Source of the DNA: an uncultured Solirubrobacterales bacterium
GTDB lineage: Bacteria; Actinomycetota; Thermoleophilia; Solirubrobacterales; Solirubrobacteraceae
Length of the DNA: 64,000 bases
Assembly: GCA_963775645.1 (NCBI GenBank)
Contig: CAVZJR010000001.1
Location: forward strand, 169,956 to 233,955
Direction of reading: 5' to 3'
Part shown: positions 43,788-53,667 of the stretch, piece by piece
Layout of the letters: each line of letters begins with the position of its first letter
Numbering within the stretch: the stretch's first letter is position 1
Translations under genes and position numbers: made by a program
The notes under the pieces: generated by a model
What the model was told of the DNA's origin: nothing
What the model saw: only the letters and a program-made list of their open reading frames with translations
The model's database searches: none

Positions 43788-44404
43788 GTCGTCGCGTCCC
43801 GGTCGAGGACGCCGTCGAGCCGCGAGCGCCACTTCGCCGGCAGCTCCGCCTCCAGCCGCCTGCGTGTCGTGAGGCCACGCCGGAGGGCTTGACGGACGGC
43901 GAGGTCGGTCTGCTCCGTCCATCCGCCGCTGCGCAGCATGTCGGTCACGGTGCGCTCGACGCTGGTAACCGGGATACCGAGCACAAGGCGTCGAGCACGC
44001 TTGTCGATCAACCTATCGGTGAAATGGACGCGCACACCGGGCGGGGTGCGCAGCCCTCGCTTTGCGCGTGGCAGCGTGATGTGGACCTCATCGGCGATCA
44101 GGTCAGTGAGATCGAGGAGCTCCAGCGCGCTCTCGTGGGAGACCACGCCGTCGGCGCGCGCGAGCGCAACCCATCCAGCGATCACGTGCCCGTGCGGTGG
44201 TGCTGGAAACCGTCGCATTCGATAGACGCCATGTCCGACGCGCTCCAGCGCGCCGCCCTCGGTAGCGTGGTAGGACAGCGTGGAGCGTGGAATCCCCGCG
44301 GCCACAGCCTGGTGCGCGGCGAGGAACCCGCCCTGGGCCTCAGCGATCTCATACAGCCGGTCCATCACCGAACTGTCACTAGAATCTACGGATATTCCGG
44401 ACAT
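43784..44404 (-). CDS. AbiEi antitoxin
   Basis: AQGGF, LERVGHGVYR, VSHESAL, TSVERTVTD. Confidence 0.88.
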   Translation of the reverse strand: MSGISVDSSDSSVMDRLYEIAEAQGGFLAAHQAVAAGIPRSTLSYHATEGGALERVGHGVYRMRRFPAPPHGHVIAGWVALARADGVVSHESALELLDLTDLIADEVHITLPRAKRGLRTPPGVRVHFTDRLIDKRARRLVLGIPVTSVERTVTDMLRSGGWTEQTDLAVRQALRRGLTTRRRLEAELPAKWRSRLDGVLDRDATT

Positions 44405-44500
44405 ATTCGTGACAATATCACCGCTCCCGGATGCCAGGGTTCGTCGCTGCGATGGGTAGCCGAGGGAAGGTGTTTCAGCCCGCCTCGCCGACCGCACGTC

Positions 44501-45013
44501 TCAGAATGGCTCTCCTCGCAGATCGACGCGTCCGGAGGGCCACCTGGCTTCGTCGTCGAGCGCCTTCCACATCGCTCGCAGGGGCATCTCGATCCGGCCG
44601 CCGGGCTGGTCGGCCCATACCGGCGCATCGATCGCCACGAACCCGAACTCGCGGTAGAACGGCATCAGCTTCGGTACGCAAAAGAGCATCGTTCGCCGCG
44701 CCTCGAGTTCGCCCGCAAGCTCGATCAACCCGTGGCAGAGCATGCGTGCCAGTCCGCGCCCTCTCTCGCTGCGAGTCACGATCAGGCCACCCAGGCCCGC
44801 GACCTCGAAAGATGGCTCCCGCTCGATCCTGACTTCCGCAAGGACCACGCCGGCGGCAGCGACCAACCTGCCATCGTCCTCACGAACTCCGACGTTCCGA
44901 GTCTTATCCCGCCAGAGCAGATCTTCGCCGATGCCACCAAACGGCTCGCGCTCGCCGGCCACCAGCTCCTCCCAGTAGGGCTCCGCGAGCCTGTCCAGCT
45001 CAACCAGCCGCAT
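44501..45013 (-). CDS. GNAT acetyltransferase
   Basis: ERGRGLAR, FYREFGF. Confidence 0.8.
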   Translation of the reverse strand: MRLVELDRLAEPYWEELVAGEREPFGGIGEDLLWRDKTRNVGVREDDGRLVAAAGVVLAEVRIEREPSFEVAGLGGLIVTRSERGRGLARMLCHGLIELAGELEARRTMLFCVPKLMPFYREFGFVAIDAPVWADQPGGRIEMPLRAMWKALDDEARWPSGRVDLRGEPF

Positions 45014-45338
45014 CGCTTCACTGTAATGTGGCCTGCCCGCCGATGATCGGAGTGTCACACAGCACGACCAGCAGCCAAACCGGCTTGACGCCCGGCCTGC
45101 CCGTAGCGACGCACGTCCCCAACACTGATACAGCGCCCTCATGCCGAAGACGAGAGCATCCCCAAGGGGCTGCACAGGACGCCGTATGGACGCCGCCCGA
45201 CTTTAGCCCACCGGAGCCGTTTAGTGGGCTAAATCCACGGGGAACTCCAGGGTATCTACGGGGATCAACAGATCGGAGCACGTTCTGCATGTGGCTTGTT
45301 AGAGCCGTTTCTTGCGCTTCCTCAAACCTTTCCCAGGC

Positions 45339-45385
45339 CGCTTCACACGCGAGAGGTCGCAGGTTCGAAACCCGCCGCGTCCATT
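45339..45385 (+). repeat. tRNA-Val 3' fragment (attR-like)
   Basis: Identical to 32709..32755. Confidence 0.95.
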
Positions 45386-45503
45386 GGTCGTTTCCTCTTT
45401 ATTCAAGCCAATCCCGCCCATAAGTTCAGGTCTCTGACTGAGCTAATATCGGCCGGTTGGTGGGCAAAAGTGGCAAAAGTACAGCCCGTCATATGGTCCG
45501 CAA

Positions 45504-45524
45504 AAGTCAAGCTATACTTGTCTT
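45504..45524 (+). promoter_or_regulatory. TATACT -10 box inside an imperfect inverted repeat; probable leaderless, autoregulated promoter
   Basis: aagtcaag-ctata-cttgtctt directly before ATG 45525. Confidence 0.5.
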
Positions 45525-46124
45525 ATGACGGACAAGCACAGACCGGACATGCTCGGGCTTGAGGCCGAGGCATTTCAACAGAGCGGCTACTTCAATGCTG
45601 GTCAGGCCCGCGCGCATGGAGTTAGCCGCCAGCTCCTGGAGCATCACGTACGACGAGGGCGCGTCGAACGCATACGACGCGGGCTCTACCGCGTCCACTG
45701 GTTTCCGACCGTCGAACACGACGACCTGCGTGAGGCATGGATGGCTATCGGCATACCCGATGCGCTCATATCTCACGAGAGCGCTCTCGCACTACTCGAT
45801 CTCAGCGACCATATCCCTAATGCCGTTCATATCCTCGTGTCGCGGCGGCACCGAGGACTGCGCCCACCGTCCGGCGTCGTCGTTCACACCCGCCCCGACA
45901 GCGAAGATGTCCCCACCGTTTGGCGCGACGGTCTACCACTGACCGCTCCTGCGCGAAAACTGGCCGATGTTGCCGACCGGCTTCAGCCTGACCAGATGTC
46001 GATGGCTGTACGCCAAGCTCTGCATCGCGGACTGGTGACGGTAGACGAGCTACAAGAGGAAGCCACCCGTCGCGGCAAAATGCAACTGATCGACTTCATT
46101 CCGGATACGGACGCATACGTGTGA
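45525..46124 (+). CDS. AbiEi antitoxin
   Basis: QQSGYF, RIRRGLYR, ISHESAL. Confidence 0.88.
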   Translation: MTDKHRPDMLGLEAEAFQQSGYFNAGQARAHGVSRQLLEHHVRRGRVERIRRGLYRVHWFPTVEHDDLREAWMAIGIPDALISHESALALLDLSDHIPNAVHILVSRRHRGLRPPSGVVVHTRPDSEDVPTVWRDGLPLTAPARKLADVADRLQPDQMSMAVRQALHRGLVTVDELQEEATRRGKMQLIDFIPDTDAYV

Positions 46125-46568
46125 AGTACGCCAGCGCTGTCGCGTTCCGCCAAGCGCTCGATCAGCGCCTTAAGAATGAAGCCGCCAACACCGGTCTCGG
46201 AGTGGCCCGTCAGCGCAAGCGTGTCGCTTTCGAGCTATTCCTACGCCGCCTGCTGGTCGTAGCCCCAGATCGCTGGGTGCTCAAGGGCGCATTGGCTTTG
46301 GACTTCCGCCTCGCCGTCGCGACGCGCTCCACCAAGGACATCGACCTTGGACGGGACGATGACGAGCAGACTGCAACCCGCGACGTCGCCGCCGCACAGC
46401 AGCACCTGGGCCGGCCCTTACGGGCGCTTGGCTGAAACAGTCTCTGTCGAGAGCAACCTATCCAGCGCCTTTACCCGCGCGAGCGCATTCCTCGACCCTG
46501 TGCTAGGTGGGTACGCCCGCGGAGGATGGGAGTCGCGCCGCCGCAAATGGGTCACACACACTGGATGA
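46121..46568 (+). pseudogene. AbiEii toxin with internal deletion
   Basis: N-terminus (WVLKGA, TKDID) joined near 46405 to C-terminal FLDPVL..W; middle (EK, KD motifs) missing versus 42885..43787. Confidence 0.8.
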
Positions 46569-46792
46569 CCAACGGGTCTGGACGACCGTCCCCCGCCAAC
46601 GAACTGGCGGTGTAGCCCGACAGGTAGGACCCAGGCGTCCGGCGCCACGGCATGCAGGCGTGCGAGCAGGCGCTCAAGGTTCCTTCGGGTTTCAAACCCC
46701 GCCTAGTGCCGTAATCGCTAACGTATTCCAGCATCTGGTACCTTGCCTGTCGATGGCCTGGGGGCAAGTCGAGAGATGAAGCGCTGAGACAG

Positions 46793-49636
46793 ATGGCACG
46801 TTTGCGCTGGGGCAGGGTCGTACCAATATGCCGTAAGAGCTCATCTTTCCTACTCACTGCGCGAGCATCGCGCATATTCGCGGTGCTCGCTACGATCGCC
46901 CTCCCGCTGGGCTTCGCACCGAGCGCCCCTGCTGACGGAACAACCCAGATCACCGGGACGGTGACGAGTGCCGTCACGAAGGCGCCGATAAAAGGGGTCG
47001 AAGTCTGCGAGTACCCGGATGAAGGAGGCACCGGGGACAGGTGCACCCAGACCGGCCCGAGCGGCGAATACGTCCTCGAAGTGGGCCGTGGCGGGGAGTT
47101 CGTCGTCTACTTCGACACGACCGTCGAGGGGCTCGTCCCCCACACTTTTTACAACGGGGTCTTCGTCGACCATGAAGCGACCCGTGTGCAGGTCGCCGAA
47201 GGCGAGACGGTGTCCGGTATCGATGAGGCCATCCAGAAAGGCGGCCTTATCACCGGCCGCGTGCAAAACAAGTCGACCAAGGCTCCGATCCAGGGAGTCC
47301 AAGCCTGCGCGGAATTGCCGGATGTCGACCAATCGGGGGTGGAACCCCACCGGACGTGCGCCACGACGAACGTCAGCGGGGAATACGAGATCGCGGGCCT
47401 CACGCCCGGCGAGGGAGAGCCAGAAGGCGGCTATGCGGTTGAATTCACCAGCACGCTGGACTACATCAAGCAGTTCTACGGTGGCGGGCTGGAAAACTAC
47501 TCGTCCACACTGATCCCGATCGTCCTGGGCGAGACGGTTCCGAACATCGACGCAGAACTGGAAGAAGGCGGCGAGATCGCCGGCAGGCTCGTCAGCGCGG
47601 CCACGAAGGCCCCCATCGAAGGCGTGCGGGTGTGTGCCAGCCTTCCGCAACACGGCGAAATCTGCGCCAGAACGAACGCGAATGGCGAATACGTGATCTC
47701 GAGACTGGCAAGCGGTCAATACGCGGTGTGGTTCGGTAGCCCGACTGTGAATGGGGTTGAATACATCGGGCAGTACTACAAGGGAAAGGAATGGCCCAAC
47801 ACCGAATCCGTGGAAGTAGTCGCGCCAAATACCACCACGGGAATCGACGGGGAACTGAAGGCACGCGGCCAGATAGCGGGAATCGTCACCAGCAAACTCA
47901 CCCACGAACCGATAGCGGGCGTAAAGGTGTGCACCGAATCGCAGACGCCGGGAGGGTCCTACGAAACCTGCGAAAATTCCAACTCAAAAGGCGAATACGA
48001 GATTCCCGGACTGCTGGCAGGTAACTACGCGCTGGCCTTCTGGGCTACGCGGATAAACGAAGAAGGATCGAACTACCTCAGTCAACCGCATGGCTACGCG
48101 ATCAACCCTCAGGCCAATTCAGTATCGGTTGCGATGGGATCGACCACGACCGTCGATAACGAACTGGTGGCGGGGGGCAGCATCAGCGGCGAAGTGACGA
48201 ACGTCAAGACCAAACAGCCCGCCGGTGGTGGGCCGTGCGTCGAAGATCTCTCTCAGCCCGATCCGCACCTGGCCCAAACATGCGCGCTCTCGATGTCGGA
48301 AGGGAAGTACACCATCTCCGGACTCCAACCCGGCGAATACCGGGTCGTGTTCGCGAACGACTTCTCTCCCGGTGACGAATTCTACAAGCAGTATTGGAAT
48401 CATGTGAGCTCGGAATCCGAAGCGACGCCAGTCGTGATCTCTGAAGGCAGCACGATCACGGACATCGACGCCGCGCTCGAAGAACGCAAGCCGTATTACG
48501 GCGAGGGTATCGAAGGTCGCGTAGTTGAAGCTGCCACAAACGCCAGAATCAAGGGCATAGAGGTCTGCGCCTATGCAACGAGCAACGGCATCGAACCGGA
48601 AGGGTTGTACGGCTCGTGCACAGAAACCAACGCGGCGGGCGAATACGCTCTTCTAGATCTGAGCGCTAGCACATATGTAATCGAATTCAGTACACCGTTT
48701 GGCAGCGAAGTCAATTACGTGACCAGCTACTTCAACGAAACCGCGTCCGCCGCCGACGCTACTCCGATCACGATCGAAGCACACACGATTCGCACCGAAA
48801 TCGACGCTTCACTGCATCACGGCGGTCGTGTGACGGGCAGAGTGACCTCGGCAGCGACGGACACTCCGATCGACGGTATCGTCGCCTGCGCACTCGGCAT
48901 GAACACGGAAAGCGTGGGATGCGCCGCGACGAACAGAAACGGCGAATACACTGTGTCGGGGCTTGCCACCGGCTCCTACACGGTCGGGTTCTCGGCGCCG
49001 TCTGAAAGCGACCTCAACTACCTGACGCAGTATTACAGCGGGCAATCGTCCGTAAGCACCGCCGATCCGGTGACGGTGAGGGTAGAAGAAACGATCTCGG
49101 GGATCGACGCGGAACTGGGCACGACCGCTTCGGGACCTCCAGTTGTTCATCAGCCCCCACCCGTGTTCACTCCGCCCGTACCTGCTTCTCTACCCCTAGC
49201 TGCGGTCACGCCTTCCAGCGCGCCGGCGAACATCGGCACGGAGACTGGGCTGTCGTCGACAAGCGCCCCCACGCCGAGCGCCAATGGCTCGAGCAGCCCG
49301 CTCGTGGTGCTGGCCTCGACAGTCGTCGTGTCCGGAAGCTCGGCGTCGATACATGTGAGATGCGACAAACAGGCGTGTCACGGGTCGGCGGAGCTGGTCA
49401 TGCAGATCGTGACGAAGAGCCGCAGGGCGGGGAAGATGGTTTCGCACACGGCAACGCTCGTACTCGCCCGAGGATCGTTCTCACTGGCGGACGGAAGCAC
49501 CGACTCCGTCGCGCTGCGGCTGACCGAGTCGGGCATGAAGCGGCTCGCCCACGCTGGAATCCACCCGATTGCCGCACGATTGACGTTTGACCTGCAGGGC
49601 AGGAAGCCGACCACCAGGCCGGTGCTGGCAAGTTGA
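46793..49636 (+). CDS. Secreted carboxypeptidase-regulatory-like (CnaB-type) repeat protein
   Basis: Signal peptide; repeats IxGxVxSxxTKAPIxGVxVC..TNxxGEYxIxGL..GIDAEL; basic C-domain. Confidence 0.85.
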   Translation: MARLRWGRVVPICRKSSSFLLTARASRIFAVLATIALPLGFAPSAPADGTTQITGTVTSAVTKAPIKGVEVCEYPDEGGTGDRCTQTGPSGEYVLEVGRGGEFVVYFDTTVEGLVPHTFYNGVFVDHEATRVQVAEGETVSGIDEAIQKGGLITGRVQNKSTKAPIQGVQACAELPDVDQSGVEPHRTCATTNVSGEYEIAGLTPGEGEPEGGYAVEFTSTLDYIKQFYGGGLENYSSTLIPIVLGETVPNIDAELEEGGEIAGRLVSAATKAPIEGVRVCASLPQHGEICARTNANGEYVISRLASGQYAVWFGSPTVNGVEYIGQYYKGKEWPNTESVEVVAPNTTTGIDGELKARGQIAGIVTSKLTHEPIAGVKVCTESQTPGGSYETCENSNSKGEYEIPGLLAGNYALAFWATRINEEGSNYLSQPHGYAINPQANSVSVAMGSTTTVDNELVAGGSISGEVTNVKTKQPAGGGPCVEDLSQPDPHLAQTCALSMSEGKYTISGLQPGEYRVVFANDFSPGDEFYKQYWNHVSSESEATPVVISEGSTITDIDAALEERKPYYGEGIEGRVVEAATNARIKGIEVCAYATSNGIEPEGLYGSCTETNAAGEYALLDLSASTYVIEFSTPFGSEVNYVTSYFNETASAADATPITIEAHTIRTEIDASLHHGGRVTGRVTSAATDTPIDGIVACALGMNTESVGCAATNRNGEYTVSGLATGSYTVGFSAPSESDLNYLTQYYSGQSSVSTADPVTVRVEETISGIDAELGTTASGPPVVHQPPPVFTPPVPASLPLAAVTPSSAPANIGTETGLSSTSAPTPSANGSSSPLVVLASTVVVSGSSASIHVRCDKQACHGSAELVMQIVTKSRRAGKMVSHTATLVLARGSFSLADGSTDSVALRLTESGMKRLAHAGIHPIAARLTFDLQGRKPTTRPVLAS

Positions 49637-52600
49637 TGCTTCAACGCGTGCGTGCTGCGGTGAGCCTGCGTGCTACAGGGCGGGGGGCCGCTGTCTTTGG
49701 CGTTGCGCTGGCGCTCGGGCTGGCCGCGGCGTCGCCGGCTGGGGCCAGCCCGTGGACAACAGCGACCAACCTCTCAGAAGAAGGCCAGAACGCATTCGCA
49801 CCCAAGGTCGCAGTTGACGGCGTGGGCGGCGCGATCGTCGTGTGGACGCGCTATAACGGCAGCAAGGACGTCGTACAAGCGGCGCTCAAGCCCGATGGCG
49901 AACCCTGGGGCAAACCAGCCACCCTCTCCGAAGCAGGCCAGGAAGCATCCGAACCCCAGGTCGCAATGGATCCCGCGGGCAACGCGGTCGTCGTGTGGCG
50001 GCAGTTCAACGGCAGCGACTACGTCATACAAGCGGCCGTCAAGCCCGATGGCGAACTCTGGGGCAAACCAGCCACCCTCTCCGAAGCAGGCCAGGAAGCA
50101 TCCGAACCCCAGGTCGCAGTGAATCCCGCGGGCGACGCGGTCGTCGTGTGGCGGCGCTTCAACGGCAGCGACTACGTCGTACAAGCGGCCGTCAAGCCCG
50201 CGAGCGAACCCTGGGGCAAACCAGCCACCCTCTCCGAAGCAGGCCAGGAAGCATCCCAGGCTCATGTGGCGGTGGACGGCGCCGGAGAAGCGACCGCCGT
50301 GTGGAGGCGCTACAACGGAAGCGACCATGTCATCCAGGCGGCGGAGGAGCCGGCTGGTGAATTGTGGAGCAAACCAGCCACGCTCTCCGAAGCGGGCCAG
50401 GAAACATATGAACCACAGGTCGCCGTGGACGGCGCGGGCAACGCAACCGCTGTCTGGGGGTACGACAAGGAATACCTCGACTCATTTGTGCAGGTTGCGG
50501 TCAGACTGACGGGCGGGCCCTGGGGCAAGCCGGCGATCCTCTCCGAAGCAGGCCAGGAAGCATCTGAACCCCAGCTTGCGGTGGACGCCGCGGGCTACGC
50601 GGCCTCCGTATGGGATAGCTTCGACTACGGTGACTGTTACTGCGTGCAGACGGCGGTCAAGCCGGCGGGCGGAGCCTGGGGAGGAACGGACTGGCTCGCG
50701 AGCGGCTACCACCCACGAGTTGGAATCGACGACGCCGGCGACACAATGGCGGTCTGGAGTGAATACTCCGGCCCCGGCGACATCGTGCGAGCCGCGCTTA
50801 AACCGGCAGGCGAATCTTGGGGCGTTGCAGCCAAGCTCACAGAAGCAAACGCGGAATCCAATCCCCAGGTTGCGATGAACGCCGCAGGCGACGCGACCGC
50901 AGTGTGGACAAGCCAGATCGGCCCTGGCCTTGGCCTCGACAACTACGTCGTGCAGACGGCACAGTTCTCCCCCTCCAGTGCGTTCACGATCGAAACGCTT
51001 CAGAAGCTCTCGAACGAACCCACCTACACCAAGACCGAACTGAACGGCAAAGTCGCTGACACTGTGGACTACGAGATCGTCGTCAAGAACACTGGCAGCA
51101 CGAGCTTGAAATTCGGGGCGCTGAAGGACGGCGCATGCGAAAGCATTAGTCCCGCCGGTCCCACGGAACTCGAAGCCAGCACCGAAGAGACCTTCACCTG
51201 CACTCACAAACTCACGGCCTTTGTCAAATACAGCAACGAAGCGTCGATCGAAGGCGACCAAGGAACCAGCACCAAAACGTCCAACGGAGTGGCTGTGGCG
51301 TTGGCGCCCGTCTACGAAGCGCCCGCGGGAACGGCTGACTCAAGCAGCGGTACTTGTGTGGAATTGCGCACTGCTGTCTTTATCTGCTCGGACCTGCGAG
51401 CAGCGGTGGCCTATGCGAATGCCGCTCCAGGCTCGACGGTAAAGCTTGAACATGGTGTCTATCAGCTTGGTGAAGCGCACGGGTATCCGTCTGGAACGCG
51501 TGCCTTTCTCGAAATCACAGCGAGCGTCACGATCCAAGGCCCAGGACCCGGAGAGACGACGATCGAACAGACGGACGGCCGCGATCCGGTGATCGTCATC
51601 CCATATGACGCCAGCTTCTCGCGGATCCAGATAGAAGGCATTAAGCTCACCGGCGGTGTAGCAGCGGGTAACGACGACGGTGAATTCTTTGGCTGGGAAC
51701 AGGGTGGTGGCGCGCTGAGGATCCTGGGCAGCGGGGCACCAGCCTCCTCGGTCACGCTCACCGACGACGATCTCACCGGCAACCTCGCGCACGCCAAAAA
51801 CGCCAAGGGGGGCGCGATCTTCAACAAGCGCACACTCAACGTCATCGACTCTACCGTCGCGCACAACACCGCGCTCGCCGAGGGCGCCGCCAACAACACC
51901 GAACTGGGCGAAGCCAACGGTGGTGGCATCTTCAACCTTGGTCATCTGCTCATCGCAGGTTCGACGATTACCGACAACACGGTTGAAGCGGGTGGCGTCA
52001 ACAGCAAGGCGGTGGGTGGTGGTGTAAACAGCGGTGTCGAAAACTTCACCAGCGAAGCCACTGCTGCGATCGCGAACACGACGATCACCGGCAACACCGC
52101 CAGCGCCGGCACCACCACTAACCCGCCGCTCGTCTACGGCGGCGGCATCGCCATAGACGGCGGCGCCCTCAACCAGGTGACTCTCTATGGCAACACCGCG
52201 AGCCCAGTGAACGCGTCGGAGTCATGGGGCGGAAACGTGTACGAGCCTCAGGGAGGCGGCGCCTGGATCAATAACTCCATCCTCGCCGACGGTAGCGCGT
52301 CCGAAGGACCCAACTGCATGTTCACGAGTGGCGGGTCCAACGCGGAAGACAATCGCAACGACCTCGAGAACGATCCCAGCGCCGAATGCGGCTTCTCGGT
52401 CGACTACAGCTCGCTCGTCGGCATCAGTCCAGAATTGACGCCACTTGCAGATAATGGCGGACCAACCGAAACACTCGCACCGATGCCGAGCAGCCCCGCG
52501 ATCGACGCCGGAGCTGGATGCGAAGGGACCTTCGCAGAGAGCGGCTCGGGCGGCTGGACGACCGCGACGGTTCCTCTCGATGTCGACCAGCGCGGTATGC

Positions 52601-53430
52601 CCCGCAACGGTCACTGCGATATCGGCGCCTTCCAGACACAGCCGCCATTCGCGACCTCGCCGCCAGAAATCTCGAGTGATCCCGAAGTCGGTCACACGCT
52701 CACCTGCGATCCAGGCTCGTGGACCGGGGAAGGAACGCTCTCCTATAGCTACGAATGGCTGCGCGACGGAGTCTCAAGCGGCGATCAGACGACGGCTTAC
52801 ACGGTCCTCCCCGCCGACGCCGGCGCTCAGCTCGCCTGTCTGGTCACGGTCACCGGAACGTACGGCCCCACGGAAGCGACGAGCGCTGCGCTGGAGGTGC
52901 CCAAACCCCCGCAGAGCCCTCCGAGCCGTCCTCCGGAAGATCACTCTGGCCCTGCCGGCTCCAGTGGCGACAGCGACGGCGCTCCAGACAGCGACGCGGG
53001 ATCGCCGCCGACCGCCGACAGCGGTGCCGAGGGCACCGGGACAAGCGAGCCAGCCAACGCAAACTCCGCGCAAGTCGCGACCCTACTAGCCGCGCAGCTC
53101 GCACCCTCGCGGAGTGCGTCAAAGATCGCTCAGCTGGTCAGGCGCGGTGGACTGACGATCACGTTCACGGCAGCACTACCCGGCACCGTCACAATCGACT
53201 GGTACCGGATGCCAGCGGATAAGGCGCACGCGACCAAACCACTGCTCGTCGCCACAGGACGCTACACCTTTGCGGCCGCCAGCGCCGCAAAGATCAGAAT
53301 CAAGCTGACTGCCTCTGGCAAACTGCTGCTGCGACACTCCAGCCAGCTCAAACTCACAGCCGAGGGAGCGTTCACGTCGATCGGGAAACCAACCGTCAGC
53401 GTCTCAAGGACGTTCTACCTCAACTGGTAG
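49633..53430 (+). CDS. Large secreted multidomain protein (propeller repeats, beta-helix/choice-of-anchor-Q-like, Ig-like)
   Basis: WGKPATLSEAGQEASEPQVA repeats; LADNGGPTET..SPAIDAG..DQRG..CDIGAFQ; GHTLTCDPGSW. Confidence 0.85.
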   Translation: MMLQRVRAAVSLRATGRGAAVFGVALALGLAAASPAGASPWTTATNLSEEGQNAFAPKVAVDGVGGAIVVWTRYNGSKDVVQAALKPDGEPWGKPATLSEAGQEASEPQVAMDPAGNAVVVWRQFNGSDYVIQAAVKPDGELWGKPATLSEAGQEASEPQVAVNPAGDAVVVWRRFNGSDYVVQAAVKPASEPWGKPATLSEAGQEASQAHVAVDGAGEATAVWRRYNGSDHVIQAAEEPAGELWSKPATLSEAGQETYEPQVAVDGAGNATAVWGYDKEYLDSFVQVAVRLTGGPWGKPAILSEAGQEASEPQLAVDAAGYAASVWDSFDYGDCYCVQTAVKPAGGAWGGTDWLASGYHPRVGIDDAGDTMAVWSEYSGPGDIVRAALKPAGESWGVAAKLTEANAESNPQVAMNAAGDATAVWTSQIGPGLGLDNYVVQTAQFSPSSAFTIETLQKLSNEPTYTKTELNGKVADTVDYEIVVKNTGSTSLKFGALKDGACESISPAGPTELEASTEETFTCTHKLTAFVKYSNEASIEGDQGTSTKTSNGVAVALAPVYEAPAGTADSSSGTCVELRTAVFICSDLRAAVAYANAAPGSTVKLEHGVYQLGEAHGYPSGTRAFLEITASVTIQGPGPGETTIEQTDGRDPVIVIPYDASFSRIQIEGIKLTGGVAAGNDDGEFFGWEQGGGALRILGSGAPASSVTLTDDDLTGNLAHAKNAKGGAIFNKRTLNVIDSTVAHNTALAEGAANNTELGEANGGGIFNLGHLLIAGSTITDNTVEAGGVNSKAVGGGVNSGVENFTSEATAAIANTTITGNTASAGTTTNPPLVYGGGIAIDGGALNQVTLYGNTASPVNASESWGGNVYEPQGGGAWINNSILADGSASEGPNCMFTSGGSNAEDNRNDLENDPSAECGFSVDYSSLVGISPELTPLADNGGPTETLAPMPSSPAIDAGAGCEGTFAESGSGGWTTATVPLDVDQRGMPRNGHCDIGAFQTQPPFATSPPEISSDPEVGHTLTCDPGSWTGEGTLSYSYEWLRDGVSSGDQTTAYTVLPADAGAQLACLVTVTGTYGPTEATSAALEVPKPPQSPPSRPPEDHSGPAGSSGDSDGAPDSDAGSPPTADSGAEGTGTSEPANANSAQVATLLAAQLAPSRSASKIAQLVRRGGLTITFTAALPGTVTIDWYRMPADKAHATKPLLVATGRYTFAAASAAKIRIKLTASGKLLLRHSSQLKLTAEGAFTSIGKPTVSVSRTFYLNW

Positions 53431-53479
53431 ACACATGCTCACACCACCGAAACGTTTAGGCCAGTGGACCGCGCATTGG

Positions 53480-53660
53480 CTTGACCGCGTCCCGAACTCC
53501 AGAGCGGCGAGCAGATCGTCGCGTTCGAGCCCTGAATGATCGGCGACGATCTGCTCGATCGTCATGCCCGAGGCCAGCAGCTCCAGCAGGCTCTCGACCA
53601 GGCAGCGCAGACCACGGATCGTAGGCTGCCCGTGGCAGACATCGGGTCAGTGGTGATTTT
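53480..53660 (-). pseudogene. DUF433 (VapB45-like antitoxin) remnant
   Basis: Manual translation ITTDP/DVCHGQPTIRGLRCLVESLLELLASGMTIEQIVADHSGLERDDLLAALEF; frameshifted, no start, abuts att. Confidence 0.75.
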
Positions 53661-53667
53661 CCCGGAC

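Larger units (their letters stand above)
32754..45385. mobile_element. Island 2 (defence cargo) ending at tRNA-Val 3' duplication; no integrase
   Basis: 47-bp 3' repeat at 45339..45385; cggtgggctaaagtc at 32841..32855 and its inverse at 45199..45213. Confidence 0.8.

Noticed and set aside
30437-53667. Prophage, ICE or classical integron
   Set aside because: No structural, conjugation, replication or integrase genes and no attC-like array recognised.
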